Positions 35,779-45,942 of a DNA stretch of 64,000 bases are shown here, piece after piece. The notes beneath the pieces were generated by a model. That model was not told where the DNA came from. It was given only the letters and a program-made list of their open reading frames with translations, and did no database searches. A program made the translations under genes and the position numbers. The stretch is from IMG/VR virus record IMGVR_UViG_3300023198_001068. One strand, given 5' to 3'. The DNA comes from a virus. Within the stretch, counting starts at the first letter, position 1. Every line of letters starts with the position of its first letter.

Positions 35779-36503
35779 CAGGGGTACTCGGTTCGACACT
35801 CGGGGGGCAGGCCCTTGCACCGGCACTTGTGGTCGAGCAGGCACTTGCCTTGGTCGTTGTGGTACCCCTCGTGGTGCCCACATGGGCAAACTTTCGGCCC
35901 ATCTGGGTAACACCAGGATGGTGCGTAGGGGGATTCCTCGCCGGGACCTGGGTTTGATCTGCTCACTTCACCTGGCATGAGGGGTCTGTCCTTCGCTGTA
36001 TCACGTACCCGTAGTGGATCGCCTGAGCTAGCTGGCAGTTGTCGCAGCCCCCACAGGCGTCGTTGGGCTCGTAGGGGCGGCAGTTAGATTCATCAGGGCA
36101 GAGCGTGGCCACTACTTCGCCATTGCGCAGAACGTCGAACACTTCTTGTGGTTGAGGGTTGTCGTTCACTTGCCCACCCGTCTGTAGCACCCGTCCAGGA
36201 ACGTGTTGATGTCGTCCAGGCTTCGGATCGTGATCCAACGGCGTTCCTTCCACCGGTTGTTGGGCCCACGACGTAGCCACGCTCGGTGCTGGGCTGCCTT
36301 GCGTCGCTTGGCTTCACCCCTGCGCACTGTCCTTGGCCTTTTCCTCCCAGCGGACCGTGACCTTGCGGTCGGCGCTCTTGAAGCGCTCGTAGTGATCTCC
36401 CTCGTGATGCTTGGAGAGGCCACACTTGAACGTGACATCGTTGTCCCCGTAGTCGTCCCCGAGGACCAACTTGGCCCCACAGGTTCCGAGGTCTTCTCTT
36501 TGG

Positions 36504-36641
36504 TCAGTGTCGCACATGGCTACTCGTCTCTCGTTTCAACCAGGAGCGGAGCCGCTTCTTGGCCTGCCGCAGCCATCGCTTTCGGGCTGGCCCCGTCTTG
36601 TGGATCTCACCCCACTTGATTCCTTTGAGCTTGGGAATCAT
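36504..36641 (-). CDS. Small basic protein (45 aa, below cutoff)
   Basis: MIPKLKGIKWG...; ATG exactly 5 nt after GGTGTATAGT (36647-36656). Confidence 0.5.
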   Translation of the reverse strand: MIPKLKGIKWGEIHKTGPARKRWLRQAKKRLRSWLKRETSSHVRH

Positions 36642-36647
36642 GCCTGA

Positions 36648-36938
36648 CTATACACCGCCCTTGACCCGGCGCCTGGTTCGCAGCGATGCCATGAGCTTGC
36701 GTTCTTCCTCGTTCATCTTGGGAGCGACGGCCGCCCGGTGCCGTTGGAGCTTCGGCTTGTTGTCCCCGAGCTTGTAGTACATCTTCTCGACCCAGGCTCG
36801 CTGCCGGTAGCTCAACGTGCTCTTGCTTCGGTACATCCAGTCGTACATGTTCCCGAAGGCGTCCTTGTCGTGCTGCTCGATGTTGTCGCTCTGAAGGAGC
36901 GTGCGGAGCATGTTGAGTTCGTCTTCTCGTCCAGGCAT
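36648..36938 (-). CDS. Hypothetical protein
   Basis: Coupled to the upstream stop. Confidence 0.6.
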   Translation of the reverse strand: MPGREDELNMLRTLLQSDNIEQHDKDAFGNMYDWMYRSKSTLSYRQRAWVEKMYYKLGDNKPKLQRHRAAVAPKMNEEERKLMASLRTRRRVKGGV

Positions 36939-37396
36939 CAGTCGTCCTTCCGGATGAGGTCCCAGGCCGTCGGTGGTTCTTCCTCTGGAGGCCGGCTATA
37001 GAGAGCCCAGCACTTGCCCACGGGGAGCATCCAGGTCTCAAGCTCTCCCCCAGGGTTGATCGGCTGGATGGCAACACAAGCGTCGCTGAGCCCCGTGACC
37101 CGACCGATGGTGCCCTTGTTGTCCTCGCTCGTGCCGATGACCAGATCCTCCACCCGGAAAGCGTCTACGCCGGTCCCGAGCCGCTGGTAGTGGAGGTAGT
37201 GCTGGAGCACGCCGATCATCTGGTGAGCCGTGTCCTGGTCGATGTCGAAGTGCTGGCCACTCACGGCAGGGAGGGTCAACTTGAGCCAACCGTTGGCCAC
37301 GGTGATGTAGGCTTGAGTTCCCTCTTGGGGCTCGCGGTTCGCAGCAAAGCCTATGCAGGGCTCGCCGTCGCTTGTTTCGGCTTCCACCATCGCCAT
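36938..37396 (-). CDS. Hypothetical protein with TAW tag
   Basis: Ends EPPTAWDLIRKDD. Confidence 0.7.
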   Translation of the reverse strand: MAMVEAETSDGEPCIGFAANREPQEGTQAYITVANGWLKLTLPAVSGQHFDIDQDTAHQMIGVLQHYLHYQRLGTGVDAFRVEDLVIGTSEDNKGTIGRVTGLSDACVAIQPINPGGELETWMLPVGKCWALYSRPPEEEPPTAWDLIRKDD

Positions 37397-37433
37397 TGTG
37401 TTACTGTGCCGCCGTGGGGTAAGGGGTAGGGCT

Positions 37434-38666
37434 ATGCCGAACGATGCCGGACGCTGGAAGAAGGGTCAAGCCATGCAGGTAGTCTACACCGGAGAGCCGG
37501 TTCCCGAGAGCTTCACCAAGTCCATCTTCCTGGCGGGGCCCTCCCCCCGAGTCGAGGGCGAGTCCTGGCGGACCGGGGCGTTGGAGATCCTGGAGCGGCT
37601 GGGCTACGACGGCGTGGTCTACAACCCCGAGTACCGAGACGGGGAGAACCCGGGCCTCGACTACGATGGCCAGGTCGGCTGGGAGCAGGAGGCCATGAAC
37701 CGTTGCGACTGCATCGTGTTCTGGCTCCCCCGGGACATCTACGGGGGCACGCTGTTCCCGCAGCCCATGCCGGCCTTGACCACGAACGACGAGTGGGGCA
37801 CCTGGAAGAAGTCCGGCAAGTGCGTGTTCGGGGCTCCCCCGAACGCCGAGAAGGTCAACTACCAGCGGTGGTGGGCCGCCCTCCTGGGGGTGCCGGACCT
37901 GGACACTCTGGAGGGCACGCTCCAGGCGGCCGTTTCCCGGACCTCTGAGGGGGCTCTGAGGGTGGGCGGCGAGTGCGAGGTCCCACTAGAGGTCTGGAAC
38001 CGAAACGACTTCCAGGACTGGTTGAGCGCCCAGAAAGCGGTGGGCAACCGATTGGACGGCTGCCGGGTCGAGTGGACCTTCCGGGTGCCCGTGGACACGT
38101 TCGAGCCATGCAAGGGCAAGCCCCGGGTGCGGATGTTCGCCTTCACCCTCCACGTCAACGTCCACATTGGGTCAGAGGACCGGAACAAGACCAACGAGTG
38201 CGTGAGCTTCCGGCCGGACATCTCGGCGGTTGTGCTCCACGGGGACAGCATGAGGGGCGACTTGTGCGAGGCGGTCCTGGTCAAAGAGTTCCGGTCAGCC
38301 GTCCGCAACAGCGAGGGGATGGTCTACGAGCTTCCCGGCGGTTCCTCCCGTGATCCGAACGAGGACCCGGCCGACGTGGCCCTGGAGGAAGTCCACGAGG
38401 AAACTGGCCTCAAGATCGAGAAGTCCCGTCTGCAAGACCGAGGCGTGCGCCAGATGAGCGCCACTGGGGCGGCCTACGTGTGCAACCTGTACTCGGTGGC
38501 TCTGTCCCATGAGGAACTCGACTCTCTGAAGAAAGACCGCTCGGTCCACGGGTTGGAAGGGGACTCCGAGCGCACCTACGTCGAGGTCAGAACCGTGGGT
38601 CAAATCCGGGACCAGCAGTTGGTTGACTGGGCGCAGTTGGGGATGCTGCTATCGGTCGTGAAGTAG
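37434..38666 (+). CDS. Nucleoside 2-deoxyribosyltransferase-like / Nudix hydrolase fusion
   Basis: SIFLAGP...WR...VYNPE...QVGWEQEAM (NDT-like) and YELPGG...ALEEVHEETG (Nudix box). Confidence 0.8.
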   Translation: MPNDAGRWKKGQAMQVVYTGEPVPESFTKSIFLAGPSPRVEGESWRTGALEILERLGYDGVVYNPEYRDGENPGLDYDGQVGWEQEAMNRCDCIVFWLPRDIYGGTLFPQPMPALTTNDEWGTWKKSGKCVFGAPPNAEKVNYQRWWAALLGVPDLDTLEGTLQAAVSRTSEGALRVGGECEVPLEVWNRNDFQDWLSAQKAVGNRLDGCRVEWTFRVPVDTFEPCKGKPRVRMFAFTLHVNVHIGSEDRNKTNECVSFRPDISAVVLHGDSMRGDLCEAVLVKEFRSAVRNSEGMVYELPGGSSRDPNEDPADVALEEVHEETGLKIEKSRLQDRGVRQMSATGAAYVCNLYSVALSHEELDSLKKDRSVHGLEGDSERTYVEVRTVGQIRDQQLVDWAQLGMLLSVVK

Positions 38667-38668
38667 CG

Positions 38669-39124
38669 TCAGTGGGCCATGACCCGGTAGCGGCTCGACC
38701 CCGAGCAGACTCGTCGCTTGGTGAAGCGTCGCACGTAACGGTTCTTGTGCTCGACCGGGCGGGGGCGCTCAGGGATGGGGGCGTTGAGCATGAGGCCATC
38801 GTGCCGGGCCGCTACACGGAATTCCTCGATGGCGGCTCGGGTCCAAGCCAGGATCTCCGCAATCCGCTCTAGCCGCGCCTTCCTGAGCCATTCGAGGGAG
38901 CCGACGATGGCATCGAGCCGCTTGTCGTAGTCCTGGAGCGGGGGCCAGAACGCCGACGAGGGCGGGACGTGGATGGTGATGGGGTCGTTCGAGTAGACTT
39001 CTACCCGATGGTCCATCCCCATCGTGACCTCCCCGCCCGAAGTCGAGTAGGTGATGGTCCAGATCGGCGTCGTCGTCGGGATCGTCGGAGAGTTGTCCGA
39101 GTAGTGGTGGTCACAGGCTATCAA
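38669..39124 (-). CDS. Hypothetical protein
   Basis: Coding-like ORF. Confidence 0.5.
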   Translation of the reverse strand: MIACDHHYSDNSPTIPTTTPIWTITYSTSGGEVTMGMDHRVEVYSNDPITIHVPPSSAFWPPLQDYDKRLDAIVGSLEWLRKARLERIAEILAWTRAAIEEFRVAARHDGLMLNAPIPERPRPVEHKNRYVRRFTKRRVCSGSSRYRVMAH

Positions 39125-39708
39125 GGGTCTGCACTCCGTAGTCCTCAGCCCACATTAGCGTGTCGCCAGGCTGGAAGGAAGCCTCGTTGTTTTCCCGCCA
39201 CAGAGTCACGCCGTCGCCCTCGATTTCCTTGACCCTCCAGAAGCCTACCTGAACTCGCTCGTTGCTGTCGTCAGTGCGCAGGTGCTCCATCCGGGTGTTG
39301 ACCCACTTCTCGGTGGGGTCGGTCATCCAGGTTCCCAGCACCACAGAGCAATTGCTTCGACGCGGATGAGGATCAGCTTTTTTAACTACGCCTGCCAGCA
39401 GAGACATCGCTACCCATAAGGGCCACGCGACAAGTGTTGTTTGAACTCCTGCTGCCTTTCACTCCGCAACCAGCGCCAGGATCACCTCGAATGCTTCCTC
39501 AAACGAGATGTCCTCGGCCTTCGGAACACAACAGCCCGTGCCCTTCAGCTTCGCGATCCGCTCGATGCTTCGCTTCGCCCAGGTCGTGTCTTGCGCCATG
39601 TCCCACCCCAGCAGGACCAAGAACAACTCCCGCACATCCTGCCGGAAGAAGTACATCCCAGGTCGGGCTTGCATGTGCTCTAGGGTTTCCGTCAACGTCA
39701 TTCTAACC

Positions 39709-39930
39709 TCACCCATAAGGGCCCTGCGACAAATGCTGTATGTACTCCTGCTGCCCCTGCTCCACCTCTCCAGGGTCATCGGATGCCAGCAGGGCGTTGA
39801 TGCGGTCGAACTTGGCCTGGTCTCGGTCGGCCACCCCTTTGAAGTAGAAGTGGGTTCGCACCACCTTGACCAAGAAGTAGCCGACGACGACCAGGACAGC
39901 GAGACCGAACAGCAGGTTGATGAGGGCCAT
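39709..39930 (-). CDS. Small membrane protein
   Basis: N-terminal TM segment. Confidence 0.6.
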   Translation of the reverse strand: MALINLLFGLAVLVVVGYFLVKVVRTHFYFKGVADRDQAKFDRINALLASDDPGEVEQGQQEYIQHLSQGPYG

Positions 39931-39959
39931 CAGGAAACCTCTTGTGGATTGGCTTGGGG

Positions 39960-40619
39960 GTGAGCACCGAGCGTCGAGTGGCCCAGCGGTACGCCGCCCA
40001 GCGGAAACACTACCGCTTTGACCAGCGGAAGCTCAAGGGTCTGAACCACCCGGGTGGGCGCGAGGACTCGATGCGGGAGGACGGGGGCTACTCGGTCTAC
40101 AAGATCAAGGTCGTCCCCATCAAGGATGTCAAGGTTCCGAAGGTCTGGAAGCCGGGGCGGCTCCCCAAACTCCTGGAGCGGATGCGGAAGGATCAGCCCA
40201 TCGATCCCATCCGGGCCGACAAGACGGGGAGCAAGTGGGAGATCAGCGACGGCATCCACCGGACCAACGCCAGCATCGAGATGGGCTACACGCACATCCC
40301 CATCCTGTACTCGGAGTGGGTTGAGACTCCGGAGGCATTCGTCCCGGAGCCCCCGGAGAAGCCCCAGCTTCGGCTCGGGGAATGGGTCAAGCTCAAGGAG
40401 CCCGTCGCCGGCCGAGAGTACGGCTGGGTGGTCGAGAAGCTGGGTCCCCGCAAGTTCCGCCAGGTCAAGCGGCACTGGTACAACGTCGCCCTGGTGAAGC
40501 CCGGGGACGAAAAGCAGCGTTGGACAGAGGACATCGATCTCGCGGACACGGACTTTGAGCCGGTACGGCCCCCACCATGGGGACCGCCGTTGTTCGAGCA
40601 GTTTGGGTACGGCACCTGA
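39960..40619 (+). CDS. ParB/Srx-like domain protein
   Basis: IDPIRAD...WEISDGIHRTNASIEMGYTHIPI; N-term STERRVAQRYAA. Confidence 0.65.
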   Translation: MSTERRVAQRYAAQRKHYRFDQRKLKGLNHPGGREDSMREDGGYSVYKIKVVPIKDVKVPKVWKPGRLPKLLERMRKDQPIDPIRADKTGSKWEISDGIHRTNASIEMGYTHIPILYSEWVETPEAFVPEPPEKPQLRLGEWVKLKEPVAGREYGWVVEKLGPRKFRQVKRHWYNVALVKPGDEKQRWTEDIDLADTDFEPVRPPPWGPPLFEQFGYGT

Positions 40620-40622
40620 CCG

Positions 40623-40642
40623 TACACCGGCCGGTGTATAGT
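40623..40642. promoter_or_regulatory. Back-to-back promoter motifs forming palindrome TACACCGGCCGGTGTA
   Basis: Similar divergent pairs at 11423-11450, 16409-16430 and 42545-42569. Confidence 0.55.
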
Positions 40643-40647
40643 CGGGT

Positions 40648-41067
40648 ATGCCAGACGACCTGACTGAAGTTCACCGCCGCCGGTTTGGCACCTTCGACGT
40701 GCCTCGGGACATGCCCATCCGGGTGTTCTGCTCCGAGAAGAAAGTCGAGTTCGCCAAGGGCCGTTGCTTCTACGAGTTGACCAAGCGGGAGTTGGTCCAG
40801 GGGACCAAAGAGGTGGTCCTGGTCCGCTCGTCGGACCGGGCCGTGTTCACCGGGCCCCGTGCCCGGCGGCTCCTGGGGTTGCCTCTCCATGACGAGGACG
40901 TAAAGATCCACCCTCGCTCGCTCGACGGTTACGTCCCGTACATCCAGAGCACGAGCTACAACCGCAAGCTCATTGGGGGGACGCAAATCCTGTTCGAGTG
41001 GCCCAACTGGGACAAGGAGCCCCCGACCGCCTGGGACTTGCTGGACGAGGATCTGTTCGGGGAGTAG
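40648..41067 (+). CDS. Conserved domain (usually vWA-associated) with TAW tag
   Basis: FAKGRCFYELTK...ARRLLGLP...IQSTSYNRKL; ends PTAWDLLDEDLFGE. Confidence 0.65.
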   Translation: MPDDLTEVHRRRFGTFDVPRDMPIRVFCSEKKVEFAKGRCFYELTKRELVQGTKEVVLVRSSDRAVFTGPRARRLLGLPLHDEDVKIHPRSLDGYVPYIQSTSYNRKLIGGTQILFEWPNWDKEPPTAWDLLDEDLFGE

Positions 41068-41076
41068 CCTGGTAAC

Positions 41077-41634
41077 GTGCCCCTGTCGGCTACGCAGCAG
41101 CACGCCCTGGACGCCCTCGACTGGATGTTCGACGCCGGGAACGGGCAGCGACAGACGGGCAGGTCTCTCGTCTGGGCCCTCGCTCTCGTGCGTGCCGCCG
41201 CTCGACATCCTGGCGAGCGTATCGAAATCTCAGACCATGCCGAGACTTTCGTTCACCAGCATCGGCAGAGCCACGAGCAGTGCCGGCAGAACGTCGTGAT
41301 GCTCGTCCGGTCTGACCCCGCCTTGTCCCGCAACGTCGAGATGGATCAACGCCACTTCTGGTTTCACCTGCCTCGGCCCATCATGGACTGGATGCCCCCG
41401 CTCGACCAAGACTTGCCCCAACGAGTTCAGACGCGGGACTTCCAGATGGAGGTGCGGACAGACCCTCGTATGCCCCCGGGCGAGTTCAGGTTGGAGCCTT
41501 CTGGCACCACGGACCTGGCCGCGATGCCCCGCTTCCTTAGAGACCAACTCCTAGACCCGACGCCCCCCTCCGTGATCCCCACGCCCCCCGCGAGGCCCAG
41601 GACGGTTTGGGAAAGGCTCACCCAAGACGACTAG
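41077..41634 (+). CDS. Hypothetical protein with TAW-like tag
   Basis: Ends RPRTVWERLTQDD. Confidence 0.65.
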   Translation: MPLSATQQHALDALDWMFDAGNGQRQTGRSLVWALALVRAAARHPGERIEISDHAETFVHQHRQSHEQCRQNVVMLVRSDPALSRNVEMDQRHFWFHLPRPIMDWMPPLDQDLPQRVQTRDFQMEVRTDPRMPPGEFRLEPSGTTDLAAMPRFLRDQLLDPTPPSVIPTPPARPRTVWERLTQDD

Positions 41635-42140
41635 AGCGCGATGCTCATAGCCGGGTGGCTACAGTGGGACAGGTACTCGAACACGACCTTGTTCCAGCGA
41701 GCGTCGGCCAAGGCGTCGTGCTCGTTCTTGGGGCTAGGCGCGAGCGCCTTCTTTGAGATCCCCAGGTGCCACATGAGTTGCTTGAGGTCCCGGCACCACA
41801 TCGGGTAGCCCTTGGGTAGATCGATCATGATCCCGAACAACTGGCAGAACACCACCCAGTCGTAGTCGGCGAAGTAGGCCCAGAACTCGGGCTTCTCCTT
41901 GGGGAGAGCGAACTTGAGGATGGCGTCCCGGATCTGCCAGTGGGCCACCCAAAGAAGCGTGTCGCTCTCGGGGGGCAGGTGCGGCAAGACGTTCTGCTTC
42001 ACCCAGTCGCTTGCCTGCTCCAGGCGGCAGTCTCGGTTGCAGAGGTACAGTTCGCGGCCGTCCTCAGCGACCATGCCAAGGCTGATGAGGTCGATGGTGC
42101 GACCGTTCTCGATGAACTCGGTGTCGAAGAAGTATCTCAT
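41631..42140 (-). CDS. DEDD 3'-5' exonuclease (RNase AS/DUF5051-like)
   Basis: YFFDTEF...LISLGMVAEDGRE...YDWV...HDALADARW. Confidence 0.85.
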   Translation of the reverse strand: MRYFFDTEFIENGRTIDLISLGMVAEDGRELYLCNRDCRLEQASDWVKQNVLPHLPPESDTLLWVAHWQIRDAILKFALPKEKPEFWAYFADYDWVVFCQLFGIMIDLPKGYPMWCRDLKQLMWHLGISKKALAPSPKNEHDALADARWNKVVFEYLSHCSHPAMSIAL

Positions 42141-42535
42141 GGCTTGGCGTCCGGTACAGGTTGCACCACTACCACACATCGCTGATCTTCGTTGGTTCCG
42201 ACGCTCCAACTCTCGGCGGGCTTCAGGACGACCCCGTGCTCGTCAGGAACGCCCCCCTGGAACCCGAACTTGTGGGCCAAAGTCCAGATCACAGTGGGGT
42301 TCGGGTACTTGCCAGGGGTTCGCACGGACACGCTCAGATGCCGCAGAACCCCCTCGGGCGTCTCGGTCCAGGTGAAAACCGCCTTGGTGTCCCCGGAGAC
42401 CAGCACGTACTCCGGTCGGTCTCCTGGGCTCCAGTCGCTTTGGTTGGGCCGGAACCAGTGCAGATGGTTGGCGGCGTAGGCAGCGAGGTCGAACACCCGT
42501 TGCTCGACCTCGGGCGTCAGGAACAAAACACTCAT
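42137..42535 (-). CDS. Hypothetical protein
   Basis: AGGAG RBS and GGTGTATCGT upstream. Confidence 0.65.
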   Translation of the reverse strand: MSVLFLTPEVEQRVFDLAAYAANHLHWFRPNQSDWSPGDRPEYVLVSGDTKAVFTWTETPEGVLRHLSVSVRTPGKYPNPTVIWTLAHKFGFQGGVPDEHGVVLKPAESWSVGTNEDQRCVVVVQPVPDAKP

Positions 42536-42577
42536 GTCTCCTGTACGATACACCGATCTGGTGTAGAGTTGATCAAG

Positions 42578-42889
42578 ATGACGAAGCCAAAAGGCGACGA
42601 CCTCATGGAGCTAGGTCCTGAGCTTCCCTGCTCGCGGGCGAGGCCGTTCGTGCGGAGGCGTGAGCCCGAGGCCGCTCCGGAGTTCGGAGTCACGGTGCCG
42701 CTACGGGAAGGGCAGCCCATCACCGATTCCGTGGTTCACCTGGAGCACCGGGGGCCGGGCGATGTCTACAAGGTGAGCAACCCCCTGGGGGGAGAAGCCC
42801 CTGCCGGGCCGGCCAAAGTCACGACCGACGAGTATCGGACGGGGTGGGACCGCCTCTTTAGCTCCAAGCCCACGGTTGGCCAGGCGTAG
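42578..42889 (+). CDS. Hypothetical protein with TAW-variant tag
   Basis: YRTGWDRLF near end; GGTGTAGAGT upstream. Confidence 0.6.
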   Translation: MTKPKGDDLMELGPELPCSRARPFVRRREPEAAPEFGVTVPLREGQPITDSVVHLEHRGPGDVYKVSNPLGGEAPAGPAKVTTDEYRTGWDRLFSSKPTVGQA

Positions 42890-42910
42890 CCTTGGTGGTA
42901 GGCTCGGGCC

Positions 42911-43810
42911 GTGCCTGACGACCCGCCAATCGTCTACACGACGACCCGGACCAAGCCTCTCGCTGAAGTTCTGGCGTCGGACGTCCCGAGGGGCCTGAGT
43001 CCCGACGACGTGGCGACGGACGGTGCTGGAGCCCCGGAGCCCGAGGACTTCACCGAGCACCGGAACGTCGAGCGGCTCCGGTTCGTGGGTACGGAGGAAA
43101 CGCTCCTGCTTCACCGCGAGACCCATCCCGACCCGGAGCCCGAGGCCGAGAGCATCGACATCGGCCTCCAACCGGTCCCCCCGAGACTGATCCCGCTTCA
43201 AGCGAACCCCACGCTCCACATGAGCGACATCCGGAGCCGGCGGTTCAACCTCCTTGAGCGAGGCTCGTCTCTTGCCGATGTACGCGACATCTCCGACGAG
43301 TTTGAAGCGGCTCTGGACAACATAGCTGAGAACCCCCCTCCCTTCTTGACCGAGGAAATCCGGGGATTCGAGGACGCTGAGGTGATCCACCTTGGGCACC
43401 CCTCTGAGCCAGTGGCCCTCAACCCTGACGGTGAGGTTCGGTTTAGGCACCCCTCATCCGCAGAGATAAACCTGGGCGACACCGAGGGCATAGGGTTCTA
43501 CGGACAGACTCCCCAGGAGGACGGCGGGAGCATCATCCAAGGCAACGGCGGCGACCTCACGCTCAGGACGGGGAGGGCTGGGCATTCCGAGGGTGCTGGG
43601 GTGGTCCACCCTGAGCCCGAACCCGAACGTGGCTCTGATGACTGGTGGGCAACGCGGGTGAACATGCCTGGGGCTGTGTTCTACCTCCGGAAGCGCGTCA
43701 CGACGTTGCCCGACGCCCGCTCGGCCCTCATCCGAGTCCTGGAGCGACGAGCCGAGACGGCCCCCCCTACCTGGGCCGAGCGCATCATGGACGACGATGA
43801 CGAGGACTGA
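42911..43810 (+). CDS. Acidic hypothetical protein with TAW-variant tag
   Basis: Ends PPTWAERIMDDDDED. Confidence 0.6.
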   Translation: MPDDPPIVYTTTRTKPLAEVLASDVPRGLSPDDVATDGAGAPEPEDFTEHRNVERLRFVGTEETLLLHRETHPDPEPEAESIDIGLQPVPPRLIPLQANPTLHMSDIRSRRFNLLERGSSLADVRDISDEFEAALDNIAENPPPFLTEEIRGFEDAEVIHLGHPSEPVALNPDGEVRFRHPSSAEINLGDTEGIGFYGQTPQEDGGSIIQGNGGDLTLRTGRAGHSEGAGVVHPEPEPERGSDDWWATRVNMPGAVFYLRKRVTTLPDARSALIRVLERRAETAPPTWAERIMDDDDED

Positions 43811-44135
43811 CATCACGCTTCGGGCGGTTCGGGCGGCCGGCTACGTGGTGGGAACCCCCGCCACCCTCATCTTGGAAGCAAAGAGGCTCTGGCGTTGGGC
43901 CAAAGACAAGGTGTTCCCCCCAGGGATCTGCCCCACCCCCAGGCAAAAGATGCCCAACTTTGAGTTGTGGAATGTGGGCCCCAGCATCTCGCTGGATGAG
44001 GTCAAGCAGCGCCGGTTCATGAGCCCTGAGCAAATGGCCGAGCTACAAGCCGAGCGAAGGCGGCTGCTCGACGTGCTCCAACAACGCCAGGTGGTCAACT
44101 CTCCGACCGCCTGGGAAAGGCTCTTGGGGGGCTGA
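43797..44135 (+). CDS. Hypothetical protein with TAW tag
   Basis: Ends SPTAWERLLGG; start uncertain. Confidence 0.55.
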   Translation: MTRTDITLRAVRAAGYVVGTPATLILEAKRLWRWAKDKVFPPGICPTPRQKMPNFELWNVGPSISLDEVKQRRFMSPEQMAELQAERRRLLDVLQQRQVVNSPTAWERLLGG

Positions 44136-44136
44136 C

Positions 44137-44409
44137 ATGCCGCTCAACTCGACGTTCACGCAGTACGGGAATTTGATCAGCCCGCCCAGCCAGGTCATCC
44201 AAGCTGACCCTGGCCTCAACATCCAGCCGGGCGAGAGACTCCGCTACCACAAGAAGGATGGCACCGAAGTCGATGGTCTCGTCACCACGGTTGACCACTC
44301 CATCAGTCCGGACGGCCACAAGCTCTACCTCACGGTGGACTTGAGCACCGAACAGGCGGTGCGCTCCGTGCCCCGGACCTGCTGGCAACGAATCCTGGCG
44401 GCCGACTGA
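44137..44409 (+). CDS. Hypothetical protein with TAW-like tag
   Basis: Ends PRTCWQRILAAD. Confidence 0.6.
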   Translation: MPLNSTFTQYGNLISPPSQVIQADPGLNIQPGERLRYHKKDGTEVDGLVTTVDHSISPDGHKLYLTVDLSTEQAVRSVPRTCWQRILAAD

Positions 44410-45156
44410 CTACTTCTTGGGGGTCTCGGGGACCTGGAGTGGCGGCTTGGGAGCGGGTGCCGGCTTGGCCGGAGCGTGAATGGGGATCTCAACCGTCGTG
44501 GGAGCCGGCTTGGGGGCGGGGCGGGGCTTCGCCGCTGAGGGCGGGGCTGCTTTGGGGTCAGGCTTGGGCTTCCGGCTTCGGACCACGATCTTGGCTCGTC
44601 CTGGTCGCTTCTCATCGGGCACGATCTCGACCTTGGGTTCCTCGTCCAGCTTCTCCTGGGTTGCCTGGACCTTGACCTCGGTCTCCGTCACCTTGCGCTC
44701 GACCCGGATTTGCGTGGCGACCATCTCCTGTTGCTGTTCCTTGGTCTCGGTCTGCTCTTTCTTGAGGCCCTCGTAGCTGTCCAGGATCTTCTCCTGGCGG
44801 ACGAGGATGACGGTCATCAGACCCATGGCGATGACCCAGAACACCAGCGACGCCGCCATGCCCTTCCCGAAGGTGCTCATCTTGCTCACCACCAGGAGCA
44901 GGACGGTCTCCACCTTGTCGAGCCCGCAGATGAAGGCTTCAGCCTTGGCCTCCGCAGCCTTCATCTTCTTGACCGCCGCTTCTTGGCTCAGGTCTGACTT
45001 GGTGGGGCGCTCGTCCTCGGAGAAGCCCGCGTCCGCAGCCTCGATTTCCTCTTTCGTGACAGCGGGGAGGGATCGCGTCTCCTGCCGCACCTTGTCGATG
45101 GCTTCGGAGTCGAGAGAGTCGATTGTCTTGTCGAGCTTGGACGTGGGTTTGGTCAT
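44410..45156 (-). CDS. Single-TM coiled-coil protein with Pro-rich tail
   Basis: TM ASLVFWVIAMGLMTVILV followed by coiled coil; possible lysis accessory. Confidence 0.6.
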   Translation of the reverse strand: MTKPTSKLDKTIDSLDSEAIDKVRQETRSLPAVTKEEIEAADAGFSEDERPTKSDLSQEAAVKKMKAAEAKAEAFICGLDKVETVLLLVVSKMSTFGKGMAASLVFWVIAMGLMTVILVRQEKILDSYEGLKKEQTETKEQQQEMVATQIRVERKVTETEVKVQATQEKLDEEPKVEIVPDEKRPGRAKIVVRSRKPKPDPKAAPPSAAKPRPAPKPAPTTVEIPIHAPAKPAPAPKPPLQVPETPKK

Positions 45157-45162
45157 AGCTGC

Positions 45163-45387
45163 CTACGCAGGGTGCTTGCTTTCACGGGTCAGTCGTTGCC
45201 GGGTCTCCCGGGACTCCTTCATGCGAGCGACGGCCTCTTGGAGATCGTTCCCCAGCACGAAACTCTCTTGCAGCTTGGCGTTGAACGCGGACTCGGCCGC
45301 TTCCTCTCGGGCACGTCGAGTCTTGCGAACCTGACCTGCTTTGCCGAAGGGCCAGACGTAGCTCAGTAGGGTCCAGAACCAGTGCAT
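45163..45387 (-). CDS. Small hypothetical protein
   Basis: In operon with TM genes. Confidence 0.55.
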   Translation of the reverse strand: MHWFWTLLSYVWPFGKAGQVRKTRRAREEAAESAFNAKLQESFVLGNDLQEAVARMKESRETRQRLTRESKHPA

Positions 45388-45389
45388 GT

Positions 45390-45788
45390 TTACTTTTCGA
45401 GCTTGACCACGAGGATGGCCTGCTGCTGCGAGAGGGCGCCGATGGCATCTTCCAGCTTCTCGGCTTTCACGCCGTAGTCCTTGACGTGTTCCTTGACGCT
45501 ATCGTTGCTCTGCGTCGCTTCCAGGCTTAGCCGGGTGGCTAGTTCGTTGTTCTCGATGACCTGATCTCTGAGAGCGTCGTTGACCTTCGTCAAGGTCTCG
45601 GTCATCTGCTCCCGGTCTTTCAGCCGGATGTCCTTGGCCTTGAGCAGCGCCTTCGTGACCTTGAACAGCACCACCACCACGGCGACCAAGGCCACGCACA
45701 GGAGCACCACGATGGCGCCCCACACGCCGCCTTCCTTCAGGAGTACCCCGAAGGCGTCAGAGGTGGCGTCGGCCGCGAACAACAACAT
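45390..45788 (-). CDS. Single-TM protein, possibly holin-like
   Basis: GVWGAIVVLLCVALVAVVVVLF followed by a basic stretch. Confidence 0.55.
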   Translation of the reverse strand: MLLFAADATSDAFGVLLKEGGVWGAIVVLLCVALVAVVVVLFKVTKALLKAKDIRLKDREQMTETLTKVNDALRDQVIENNELATRLSLEATQSNDSVKEHVKDYGVKAEKLEDAIGALSQQQAILVVKLEK

Positions 45789-45942
45789 GTCTCAGTTTCA
45801 AAGCTACTGAGCTAGCTTTGTCCCACTAGAGGTGGGACTTCAAAGGATTCGCCGTTACGGGCGCTGAACTGGGTATATCTCGCCCGAAACAGCCTTGTTC
45901 GGAATGGGCCAAACGGGAGGGTCGTGACTGGCTGGGTTCTTC

